Positions 54,501 to 62,233 of a stretch of 64,000 nt of DNA are shown here, piece by piece. The stretch is taken from positions 130,698,001-130,762,000 of the forward strand of contig NC_086097.1 in NCBI RefSeq assembly GCF_963921235.1. Direction: 5' to 3'. Source of the stretch: Mobula hypostoma (taxonomy: Eukaryota). The position numbers were made by a program, and so were the translations under genes. The first letter of the stretch is position 1; every line of letters begins with the position of its first letter. The notes beneath the pieces were generated by a model. It saw only the letters and a list, made by a program, of their open reading frames with translations. It had not been told where the DNA came from and did not search any database.

Positions 54501-55794
54501 AAATGGAGGGAATGCCAGTTGCATTTATGCCAATTAACTTCACCTTAATGATTAATGTTCCAACTCTTTCTTCATTTTTATTTTTATTCAGGATTCCCAG
54601 CTTCAGCAATAGCTTATAAAAATGTAATGTAGGAGATAAGAGCTAAAAATCCAGCAAGTTCACTGTGGGAAGTGAAGGCGAGAATACATTTTAAAAGGTC
54701 ATAAATGGGTGGGCAGAGGATAAGGGGGAGTACAGGACTGACAAACAAGGAAACTTCTATGAGAGAGAACTTCTAAACATGCCTAAACAATTTTATACTT
54801 TATTCATATCCTTTCATGTTTTTCAATATAACATTGTTAAATTAAACATATGAAAATTGTGCTGAAGATTTGTCCAATCTGACATATTTCCCTCAATGTG
54901 AGCAAATTTTAAAAAGCTGTTTTTTTATTTCAGGAAGTGGGGCAAAGCAGATGCTCCTGTTTACATTAGTGGTGCAGAGGTGAAGATGGTTGACTAGGTA
55001 TAATCATCAGTAGTCTGTCATGGTCCAACCAGGTAAACACAATGGTCAAGAAAGTGCATCTATTTCTTCAGAAGGTTAAGAAAATTCAGCATATCCTCGT
55101 TGACCCTCACCAATTTGTTTTTATTAACGCACCGCAGAAAGCATCCTATCAAGATGCATCATGGTTTTGTCTGGCAAATATTCTGCCCAGATTAAAAGAA
55201 ACTGCAGGGAGCTGTGGACATGCCTCAGGACATCATGAACATAAGCTTCCCTCTGATGGACTCTATAACTCAAAAAAGCAGCCAACATAATCAAAGATCC
55301 CTCCCACCCCAGACAATCTGACTTTTCCTCCCACCTTCCATCAGAAGACACAAAAGCCTAATGGCACATACAGCTTCTATGCTGCTGTTATAGTATCATT
55401 GAATGGTCCCTTAGCCCCTAAGATGGAATCTTGAACTGACAATCTACATAATTACGATCTTGTGCTGCATCCTGTCTACCTGTACTGAACTTCCTCTGTA
55501 ACTGTAAAGCTGTATTCTGCATTCTTATTGCTTTTCCCCTTGTGACGTTTTGATCTGTATGAATGGCAAGCAAAACAAGTTTTAACTGTACCTTGGTACA
55601 TGTGACAACAATAAACCAAATACCTTTATTCCAGCATTTCTCAACATTTCCAGTGTAGGCCTCACATCTGCTTGGAGCTGGTCTTCCACTCCAGTGAGGC
55701 AGAGGAGTTCCATTTCACGTTCAAGACTCTCCACAACTGCTGCCACCTTTAGTGAACGATCGTGAACACTCAGCTTTGCCTGATTATATCGGTT
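18450..55794 (-). CDS. ATP9B: ATP9B P4-ATPase (phospholipid flippase), 3' part of spliced CDS: 11 exons, 432 aa plus stop; upstream exons not found in window
   Basis: Spliced translation [17 protein letters not shown]...[11 protein letters not shown]...[10 protein letters not shown]...[14 protein letters not shown]...[15 protein letters not shown]...[17 protein letters not shown] matches the vertebrate ATP9B C-terminal region. All introns are GT-AG with consistent phases. Confidence 0.96.
20443..21050 (+). mobile_element. Non-coding RTE-5'UTR-like interspersed element, copy 1
   Basis: Colinear with 58249-58780 and sharing both termini; contains taggagaaggaaaactctga, recalled as an RTE 5' region motif. 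Confidence 0.6.
21757..22200 (-). mobile_element. Penelope-like pLTR/3' fragment with degenerate hammerhead motif
   Basis: Homologous to 35933-36400; agtcctgataaagggtcttggcctgaaaa on minus. Confidence 0.75.
22640..22843 (-). CDS. ATP9B: ATP9B penultimate coding exon ([16 protein letters not shown]...LAFLNEYF), 204 nt
   Basis: Acceptor tttcag, donor gtaagt; transmembrane segments; overlaps ORF 22473..22820. Confidence 0.96.
23331..23366 (-). ncRNA. Minimal type I hammerhead ribozyme motif, sense to the ATP9B pre-mRNA
   Basis: AGUC-CUGACGA-AGG(GUCUCGG)CCU-GAAAC-GUC-GACU: intact core, stems I and II, palindromic ACGU stem III. Confidence 0.75.
24074..24109 (+). ncRNA. Minimal type I hammerhead ribozyme motif
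   Basis: agtc-ctgacga-agg(gtcccgg)cct-gaaac-gtc-gact. Confidence 0.75.
24968..25190. mobile_element. Older miniature palindromic Penelope-tail derivative
   Basis: Inverted arms centred near 25060-25067 (cttcatct...agatgaag); tail cagcatctgcagtctctt. Confidence 0.7.
25616..25673 (-). CDS. ATP9B: ATP9B coding exon ([19 protein letters not shown]), 58 nt
   Basis: Acceptor ttgttag, donor gtaggt. Confidence 0.95.
25985..26270 (+). mobile_element. HE1/V-SINE-like SINE
   Basis: tRNA-like head ggcaccacagtggcatggtggctagc...ggagttcaattc; tail ctctctaaataaaataa. Confidence 0.75.
27640..28230 (-). mobile_element. CR1 LINE 3' fragment
   Basis: ORF 27945..28286 resembles the CR1 RT C-terminus (KKSFGML...QYVYFW...RKDAIK). 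Confidence 0.75.
28775..30385 (+). mobile_element. Rex1/Babar-type non-LTR retrotransposon, 5'-truncated and frameshifted RT
   Basis: [43 protein letters not shown] and [11 protein letters not shown] motifs across several ORFs. Confidence 0.88.
30386..31335 (-). mobile_element. Degenerate CR1 RT fragment
   Basis: Minus strand carries a [12 protein letters not shown] segment (ggtcccagcactgatccttgc on plus) and KFAxDTK-like sequence. Confidence 0.65.
32841..32949 (-). CDS. ATP9B: ATP9B coding exon ([19 protein letters not shown]...YKDLTK), 109 nt
   Basis: Acceptor tttttag after a 94-nt intron, donor gtgtgt; overlaps ORF 32727..32987. Confidence 0.96.
33044..33108 (-). CDS. ATP9B: ATP9B coding exon ([22 protein letters not shown]), 65 nt
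   Basis: Acceptor ctcttag, donor gtaagt. Confidence 0.95.
33285..33560 (-). mobile_element. HE1/V-SINE-like SINE
   Basis: ggactgtgggaggaaaccggagcacctggagaaaatccac core. Confidence 0.75.
36031..36066 (-). ncRNA. Hammerhead motif in Penelope pLTR, with stem II/III substitutions
   Basis: agtcctgacgaagagtctcggcctgaaatgtcgact. Confidence 0.6.
36359..38407 (-). pseudogene. Penelope RT plus GIY-YIG polyprotein, frameshifted
   Basis: ORFs 36674..38476 and 36359..36661; frame disruptions near 37110 and near 36680. Confidence 0.88.
38900..38935 (+). ncRNA. Hammerhead motif in inverted pLTR, GUU cleavage triplet
   Basis: agtcctgacgaagggtctcggcctgaaacgttgact. Confidence 0.7.
39740..40173 (+). mobile_element. 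Penelope pLTR/3' fragment with hammerhead motif at ~40041-40076
   Basis: Homologous to 38600-38995; ctgacgaagggtctcggcctgaaacgtc. Confidence 0.85.
40739..40894 (-). CDS. ATP9B: ATP9B coding exon ([12 protein letters not shown]...IISTMQ), 156 nt
   Basis: Acceptor atctag, donor gtgatt; 52 codons. Confidence 0.96.
42925..43137 (+). mobile_element. tRNA-head SINE with RTE-type tail
   Basis: A-box-like ggtggtgtaatgg; 3' end gggtcgccatgagt...cagcactcaacaacaa, typical of RTE-mobilised SINEs. Confidence 0.6.
44141..44205 (-). CDS. ATP9B: ATP9B coding exon ([22 protein letters not shown]), 65 nt
   Basis: P-type ATPase hinge motif GDGxND; acceptor gtacag, donor gtaatg. Confidence 0.96.
45122..45266 (-). 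CDS. ATP9B: ATP9B coding exon ([10 protein letters not shown]...CRCSPTQKA...RTCAI), 145 nt
   Basis: Acceptor tttatag, donor gtaagc; CCRCSPTQK motif. Confidence 0.96.
46345..47195 (-). mobile_element. Solo LTR (851 bp, probably Gypsy-type)
   Basis: TG...CA termini (TGTTACG / CGTCACA) and 4-bp TSD TAAG; AATAAA on minus at 46427-46432. Confidence 0.85.
48575..49085 (+). mobile_element. CR1-like 3' fragments
   Basis: ttggtgaggcctcacctg; tail gggcctgtactgtgctgtactattctatgttcta. Confidence 0.6.
49724..50110 (+). mobile_element. Possible solo LTR-like fragment
   Basis: ATTGG, TATAAG (49923), AATAAA (~50030) and a terminal ...CAACA in LTR order; no TSD found. Confidence 0.35.
50169..50258 (-). CDS. 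ATP9B: ATP9B coding exon ([30 protein letters not shown]), 90 nt
   Basis: Acceptor ttttgcag, donor gtaaat; in frame with neighbouring exons. Confidence 0.95.
50735..52100 (-). mobile_element. Rex1/Babar-like fragment interrupted by a solo LTR
   Basis: ORFs 50801..51148 (VESIL.VCITAW.GN...LPSGIRYRS) and 51969..52154 ([14 protein letters not shown]). Confidence 0.8.
51266..51843. mobile_element. Solo LTR (578 bp) with internal tandem repeats
   Basis: TGTAAC...GTTACA termini and TSD TAAG (51262-51265, 51844-51847); repeated tttcactgctaa units near the 5' end. Confidence 0.85.
52315..52918. mobile_element. Mariner-derived palindromic MITE
   Basis: TA-flanked TIR c(g/a)aggggtgattgataagtt; both arms carry a mariner C-terminal remnant ([20 protein letters not shown]). 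Confidence 0.88.
54049..54147 (-). CDS. ATP9B: ATP9B coding exon ([12 protein letters not shown]...HIFRP), 99 nt
   Basis: TGDK motif; acceptor ttcccag, donor gtaagt. Confidence 0.96.
54925..55620 (+). mobile_element. Rex1-like 3' fragment abutting an ATP9B donor site
   Basis: gcagccaacataatcaaaga...catgtgacaacaataaaccaa tail, shared with 26285-26665 and 45815-46190. Confidence 0.7.
55624..55794 (-). CDS. ATP9B: ATP9B coding exon (NRYNQAKL...MLRNAGIK), 171 nt
   Basis: Acceptor ttgacag, donor gtattt; 57 codons including [12 protein letters not shown]. Confidence 0.95.
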
Positions 55795-56226
55795 CTGTCA
55801 AGTACAATAAAGCAGCTTTAAAATAAACATGGATAAACGTTTACAGAAGATAACTACATGGAGAAATTTTGAGACATGCAGCATAGAACAGGCATTTTGT
55901 CCCAAGCTGTCCTTGCTGACCGTATTATCAGCATTCCCTCCCCACCCCAATGCCCCCCCTTATCCCCAGGATACCCAACAACCATGCCTTGCCCTCTTCT
56001 TGCAGCTACCATCAGGCAGGAGGTATAGAAGTCTCAAGTCCCACACTACCACTTTCCTACAACCATCAAGCTCTTGAACTGACCTACACAAGTCTAATCC
56101 TACCTCAGCAACAGAACACTATGGGCTACCTCTTGCATGACCAAAGATTTGTTTCTGATTTATTTTTACATCTTATTAAATATCTTGTTTAGTAGTCTTT
56201 TTATCTTCACTGTTTGGTATAACTTA

Positions 56227-56500
56227 GTGGCGCGTGGCTAAGTGGTTATGGCATTGGACTCACGATCTGAAGGTCGTGGGTTCGAGTCTCGGCCAAGGCA
56301 ACGTGTTGTGTCTTTGAGCAAGGCACTTAACCACACACTGCTCCAGTCCACCCAGCTGAAAATGGGTACCGGCAAATGCTGGGGGTTAACCTCGCGATAG
56401 ACCGGCGTCCTATCCGGTGGGGGGTCTCAGTTGCTTTATGCCACAGAAACCGGCATAAGCACTGGCCTGATGGGCCACAAGGCTCGGGACAGACTTTAAC
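56227..56500 (+). mobile_element. Full-length tRNA-derived SINE (MetaSINE-like core) with 14-bp TSD
   Basis: A box tggctaagtgg, B box ggttcgagtc, core gtgtctttgagcaaggcacttaacc; TSD tttggtataactta at 56213-56226 and 56501-56514. Confidence 0.85.
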
Positions 56501-58248
56501 TTTGGTATAACTTAAGAATAATTTATATTCTGTGTATTGAATAAATCTATGTGTCTATGATGCTGCTGTAAGTTTTTCCATTGTATTTGTACCTCACCGT
56601 ATCTGTATGTGTGACAATTAACTTGACTTGACAAATCCCATTTACCTACATAATCCTTTCCTGTCCATATATTTGTCCAAATGCCTTATAAATGCTGTAA
56701 TTGTATCTGCCTCTACCACTTCCTCTGGCAGTTTGTTACATATAAATCAGGACTGGATATGCAGGGATTTTTCCTGAAGTGACAGAAGCTGAGAAGTGAC
56801 CTAAGTGATTTATAATATCATGATAAGGTGGACAGTCATAGTTTTTTCCATAGGATGGGGGGGGGGGCTCTTAAATTACACATACAATGAGATGGAACAA
56901 GCTGCCAGAGTGGTGGGGTGGATATGTTAAAAAACATTTAGGTAAGGTACATGGAGAGGAAAGTATAAGTGTAATTGTGGGCTAAACGCAGGCAAATGAT
57001 ATGGTCAGGTTGGCATGAACATGGGCTGAAGGCCCCGCTTCCATGTTGCACATCTCGAAACTGCCTCCTTGTGTAGACAAGCTTGCCTCTCACTTCTCCG
57101 TGAAAATTCTCCCTTTCCTTAAACCAATGCCTTCTCATTTAAGACTCCTTTATGCCAGGAAAACAGTTATCTATTCTATTAATGCCCCTCATAATTAACT
57201 AAAACTCACTTAGTTTAACATCAACACTTGCCTACATAACACACATATTGAATGAAATCTAAAAGATAGATTAACAGAAAAACTGCTGTTGTTCAGTGTG
57301 TAAGCAATACATGTCTAATGATATCTGGCAAACAAAACACTATTTCTATTCCACTCACTATATGCAAAGTCTTGGATAGCCTAAGCAAGCTTTTCTTTGA
57401 GCTTGTCCTACCATTCTACAGGATCATTGCTGAACCATGCCTCACTCTATAAACCTACCTTTTCCCCATGTACTTTCATACTACTGGATAATAAAAGTGT
57501 ATTAATCATTGATTTAACCTTAGCAATTTACTGAACAATTCATTGCAGAGAAAAGTGTTAAAAATTTCTACCATTTTCTGCATGTGAAAGTGGTCACATA
57601 GGATAGAACTCAATGGAACCAAATTGGAGGTAAATGGTTAAAATAATTGTTGCCATATCTGCATGCTTACTAGCAAGAGGGCAGAAATTTCTACCTATCA
57701 GGGTAAGCTATCAGTTACATATTTTTCTTATATTTCTAAATCACTCCTGATATTACACTGATGTTAGCGTTTTTATGTGAAAACAAGAGTAGTTTATTAT
57801 GTACACGGAAAGAATCCAGCTATGAAGTGCAAGATAAAGATTCTTTCAGTGTAATATGCTTTAAGAATCAGGACTTTTAGAATGGAAGTTTCAACAGCTA
57901 CAAATCAGGCCCCAAGTAATCAGATTTATTAAATGCACATCCTTGAATGTACCTATGCCATTTTCTCAATTACTATGATCGAAGTTCCAAATTGTCAGTG
58001 CTTCCTGGGTAAAGCAGTTTCTTTTCAAGTATTCACTTTATATCTTGGTGACCCATTTGTATGAAAGGTCTCTAGTTTTGCTCTTCTCCCTTTTCTTTCT
58101 TTCCCTCTTCTGGAGAGGAGAGACCAATCTATTTCTATGCTGAAGCACAGAACTTCGAAGTTCAAATGTCAGCTTTGCGAATTTATTTAACATTCTTTCT
58201 AGTGCCCATTTAACGATATAACGAAGTGCATAACTATATTGTTAAATT

Positions 58249-58780
58249 GGTTCCTTAAGGCTGTTACAGCCAGGGGTAGTAATGGAGACAAGCTCCCACT
58301 ACCTCCCAATGGTGTGCGCCTCAAATGGCCTCTGACAGCCAAGTCCAACCCCTGGCCTCCATGTGTGGCTTAGTTACTAAGCCCGGCAGAACCGTTTCTA
58401 CTGACAGGAGAAAGGTCGAAAGTGGGTTTACTGGCACCTTAAAACCAGTCACTTCAGGCAGAAGGGGCTCGTTAGCTGCGGTTGGCAGTTCATCTCTATA
58501 CACACTCATGGGGAAGGCTTTGGGAGTAAACCCCGAGGTAAAAATCCTGAGCTAGGGTCCCTCAGGCAGTCCAACATTGAGTTCAATGTTGACTGGCAAC
58601 TCCTGCGAACTGCTGATACCAAACTGTATCGGTCTCTGCCATTCCTTTGGGTTCATCAGATGCATGGAGAGGGGGGTTACTACATGGGCAACCACTTGCT
58701 CTCCACATCGTACTGCCAGGCTTGCATATCGTGACAGCCAGGATGCATTATCCATGGTCAACTCTGATCGACAGAGGCTC
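58249..58780 (+). mobile_element. Non-coding RTE-5'UTR-like interspersed element, copy 2
   Basis: Colinear with 20443-21050, with internal deletions. Confidence 0.6.
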
Positions 58781-60914
58781 TCTCTCCCTCTCCTCTGAAT
58801 ATAACAAAATGTCAAATTTTTACAAAATATGGCCTAATCAAAATTCAATAGGTTTTCTAAAATGAATGAAAATTTGTCTATGAGAAATAAGTTCAAGTCT
58901 TTCGTTATGGTCTTATTGATTCATGTCAGCACTTCTACTGATCTTACTCTGAGATCCCTTTCTACTCTACCCTATTTTGGACATTTTTAAAAAAAATATC
59001 CAGGCAATAAGTGACATCATTTTTCATATGACAGTGTAGAGCCTCACAGTTGCCAATGTTCCAATCTGTTACAGGAAAGATTGCATAGGAGTTATCATTG
59101 GGGAAACAGGATACAAAGTGACCAGGTAAAACCCAGACCCCTGAATCAAATCAACCCAACAAAAAGTAGAAGCACTCAAGATGAGTTTGGACTACTTCAT
59201 CTATTTCCTAGTGAGCAGGTGTCAACGGGACCAAACATTTTCAGTTTTGAAGGGGATAAAATAAGTAGCAAGCCAAAACATTTCGCATCTAATGTGAAAC
59301 CAGGTGCAGAATAATGGTAATTTTACTTGAACTTATGTTGACTAATGGAGATCACATGAAATAAGATCCTAAAAGTGGACAGTTTATAGCATCGCTACAA
59401 GTAGGTTTTGGTAGGTTTCATTGTTATAACTGAATAACCACAATGAAGACTCTTAATTTCAAATATGATATATAATGAAAAGTCAATGAATCCTATAGCA
59501 AAAAAAAAAGCTGCAGATGCTCTAAATCTGAATTAAAAGTAGAAAACACCAGAGATGCTTAGGAACTTGGATAACATTTGTGAACAGATGTTGCCAAAGC
59601 TACAAAAAAATTTCAGTATTTGTAATTCTCATTTCAGTTCTAACTTTACTGGATGTCCAAATGTTTATTTCATTTCTTATTTACAAAAGTACATACATTC
59701 TTTTGCATAAAATATTTTCTTTATGAAGAGCTCACAATGGAACTGGAGGATAAATTGAATTCCACTGTAATTACAGGAATGAATTTGGTGCAAGCTCTGA
59801 AAATGATCTCATCCAAGTGAGGTGAAGAAATTACAGTTCAAAATTGAGGCTGAGTTTGCTATCAAACTGATACCAAGTTAATAGAGTCTCTATTATTTAC
59901 TTCAAACAGATATATCATCTTTAGGCAAAGGGCACATCTCCAAACTTTAGTGTTCAAAAGTTAGTGCTCAACTGACTAAGCTCTGCTGTTAACTGCATGT
60001 AAATAGCATCACACTATTGAAATGGACTGAGTAACGCGAAGCCACAAGACATAAACCTGCTCCATGCCAAACGCCTATATATTTTTCAGTCTTGTTAGTG
60101 GCTAAACGAGCTGAAGGCCTGCATCACAAAATAGGACTGACCAAAAAGAGGATATTTTAAAGATGATGGTGCTAGATTTTTTTTAAATGATTGATTAGTT
60201 TGAAAGTGCTAGTTCCAGCAGCGGCTGCCTTCCATTTTCCCAGTGGAAATTAGTTACCAGATAATTAATCAATGACAATACTAATATTAGATAACTAATC
60301 ATTGATGAATGATAATTAGCCATTTGAATATAAAAGGAATAGGCCTCTCAATCTCTTTAAGATTATTCCCTTTTCAAAATAACCAAGGATATTTTACCTT
60401 GAATACCATTTTCTTTCCATAACCCAATAATCCCGATTCCAATAATATCCATGTATTTGTCAACCACTTTTGAATAAGCTGAATGACTAAATCTCCAAAG
60501 TTCTCCAAATTCCAAAGAACCACCACTCTCCGAGTCAAGAAGGTTCTCTTCAAACTTAAATAACCTGAGCTTTAATTTGAAAATGTGACCCAAAGCTCCA
60601 GACTACTCAACCAGTGAAAACATTCTCTCCATATCTACCCAATCAAACTCTAAGAAACTGCATATTTCACAGAAGTCACCTCCCTCATTCTTAAATCTAG
60701 AAAACAGAAGCTTAGACTATTCAAACGCTTTTCATCCAACAGATCTACCATCCCGGAAAATGGTTTGGAGAATCGTCAATGCCCTCCTTTTACCTCAAGG
60801 ATATAGATTTTTTAAGCCAAGGAGACCAAAATTGAACATAATACTCCAGCTCCAAATATGATCTCACTAAGATCCTCCACAACTACCCTAAAAAAAAAAA
60901 TCACAATTCTTACA

Positions 60915-61420
60915 ACCTCCCTCACCTCCATTCAGGGCCTCAAACAGTCCTTTTTGGTGAGGCAATACTTCACCTGAAAATCTTTTGGGGTTGTCTGTTG
61001 TATCCAGTGCTCGATTGTATCCAATTTCTCCTTCTGCTAATTGCTTTTCTTTTTTTTCTTTTTTCTCTCTTTCTTCCCTCTTTATTCCCACTCAGGCCTC
61101 TTATCTCTTTGCTTCCACTGGTGCTCCTCCTTCTTCCCTTTCTCCCATGGACCACTCTCTTCTCATATGAAATTCCTTCTTCTAGACTTTACCTTTCTCA
61201 CCCACCTTGCTTCACCTATCACTTCCTAGCTTGTCCTACTTCCCTCCCCCCCAGCTTTTTATTCAGGCGTCTTCCCCCTTTCCTTCCAGTCTTAATGAAG
61301 GGTCACTGCTTGAAACATTGACTGTTTACTTATTTCATAGATGTTGCTTTACCTACCTACTTTCTCCAGCTTAGTCTCTGTTGCTCTGGATTTCCTGCAT
61401 CTGCAGAATCTCTTGTGCTT
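60915..61420 (+). mobile_element. Older Penelope-like fragment (GIY-YIG start plus tail)
   Basis: attcagggcctcaaacagtcc...gtgaggcaatacttcacctg; tail gcatctgcagaatctcttgtg. Confidence 0.7.
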
Positions 61421-61649
61421 ATTCTTCCTTAAAAGCCTCTATCAATAAAGTTAGCACACTATTTGACTTCTTAACCATGTGCTGTACTTGCACACTATAT
61501 TAGAGTAATTTGTGCACAAGGACACTCAGGTTTCTTTGATCAATAATTCCCAATCTCTCATTATTTGGCAAATACTCGATATAATTTCTACTAAAGAGGA
61601 TTATCACACTTTCTACTGCACTCCGACGACATTTTCCTTGCATTCACCT

Positions 61650-62233
61650 GATCGAAACTAATTTGCAAGGGGGATGGGACCCAGAGCAATAGAGCAATGA
61701 AAGAAGTTCATGGAGTAAAGCCAGATCTAACATACAGAGAGACTTTGAGGAAAGAGAAGCAGAATAAACGGTGTAAAGACAGTAAGGTAGAAGGGCTGAA
61801 ATGTGTGTACCTCAATGCAAGAAGCATCAGGAACAAAGGTGATGAACTGAGAGCTTGGATACATACATGGAATTATGATGTAGTGGCCATTACAGAGACT
61901 TGGCTGGCACCAGGGCAGGAATGGATTCTCAATATTCCTGGATTTCAGTGCTTTAAAAGGGATAGAGAGGGCGGAAAAAGGGGAGGAGGGGTGGCATTAC
62001 TGGTCAGGAATACTATTACAGCTACAGAAAGGGTGGGTAATGTAGCAGGATCCTCTTTTGAGTCAATATGGGTGGAAGTCAGGAATAGGAAGGGAGCAGT
62101 TACTCTAATGGGGGTATTCTATAGGCCACCTGGTAGCAGCAGAGATACAGAGGAGCAGATTGGGAGGCAGATTTTGGAAAGGTGCAAAAATAACAGGGTT
62201 GTTATCATGGGTGACTTTAACTTCCCTAATATT
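61650..62233 (+). mobile_element. CR1 LINE endonuclease (APE) fragment interrupted by L1
   Basis: YLNARSIRNK, VAITETW, RGGGVALLV, ESIWVE, FYRPP and MGDFNFPNI in ORF 61697..62275. Confidence 0.9.

Noticed and set aside
56227..56300. tRNA gene
   Set aside because: It is the head of a SINE with body, tail and 14-bp TSD, not a stand-alone tRNA.
56440..56495. Hammerhead-like GAAAC...CTGATGG in the SINE tail
   Set aside because: The core is CUGAUGG rather than CUGANGA, and no correctly placed NUH or stem I/II arrangement is present.
55795..61650. Next upstream ATP9B exon (EGLRTLVVAK...)
   Set aside because: Not found; it probably lies beyond the window end.
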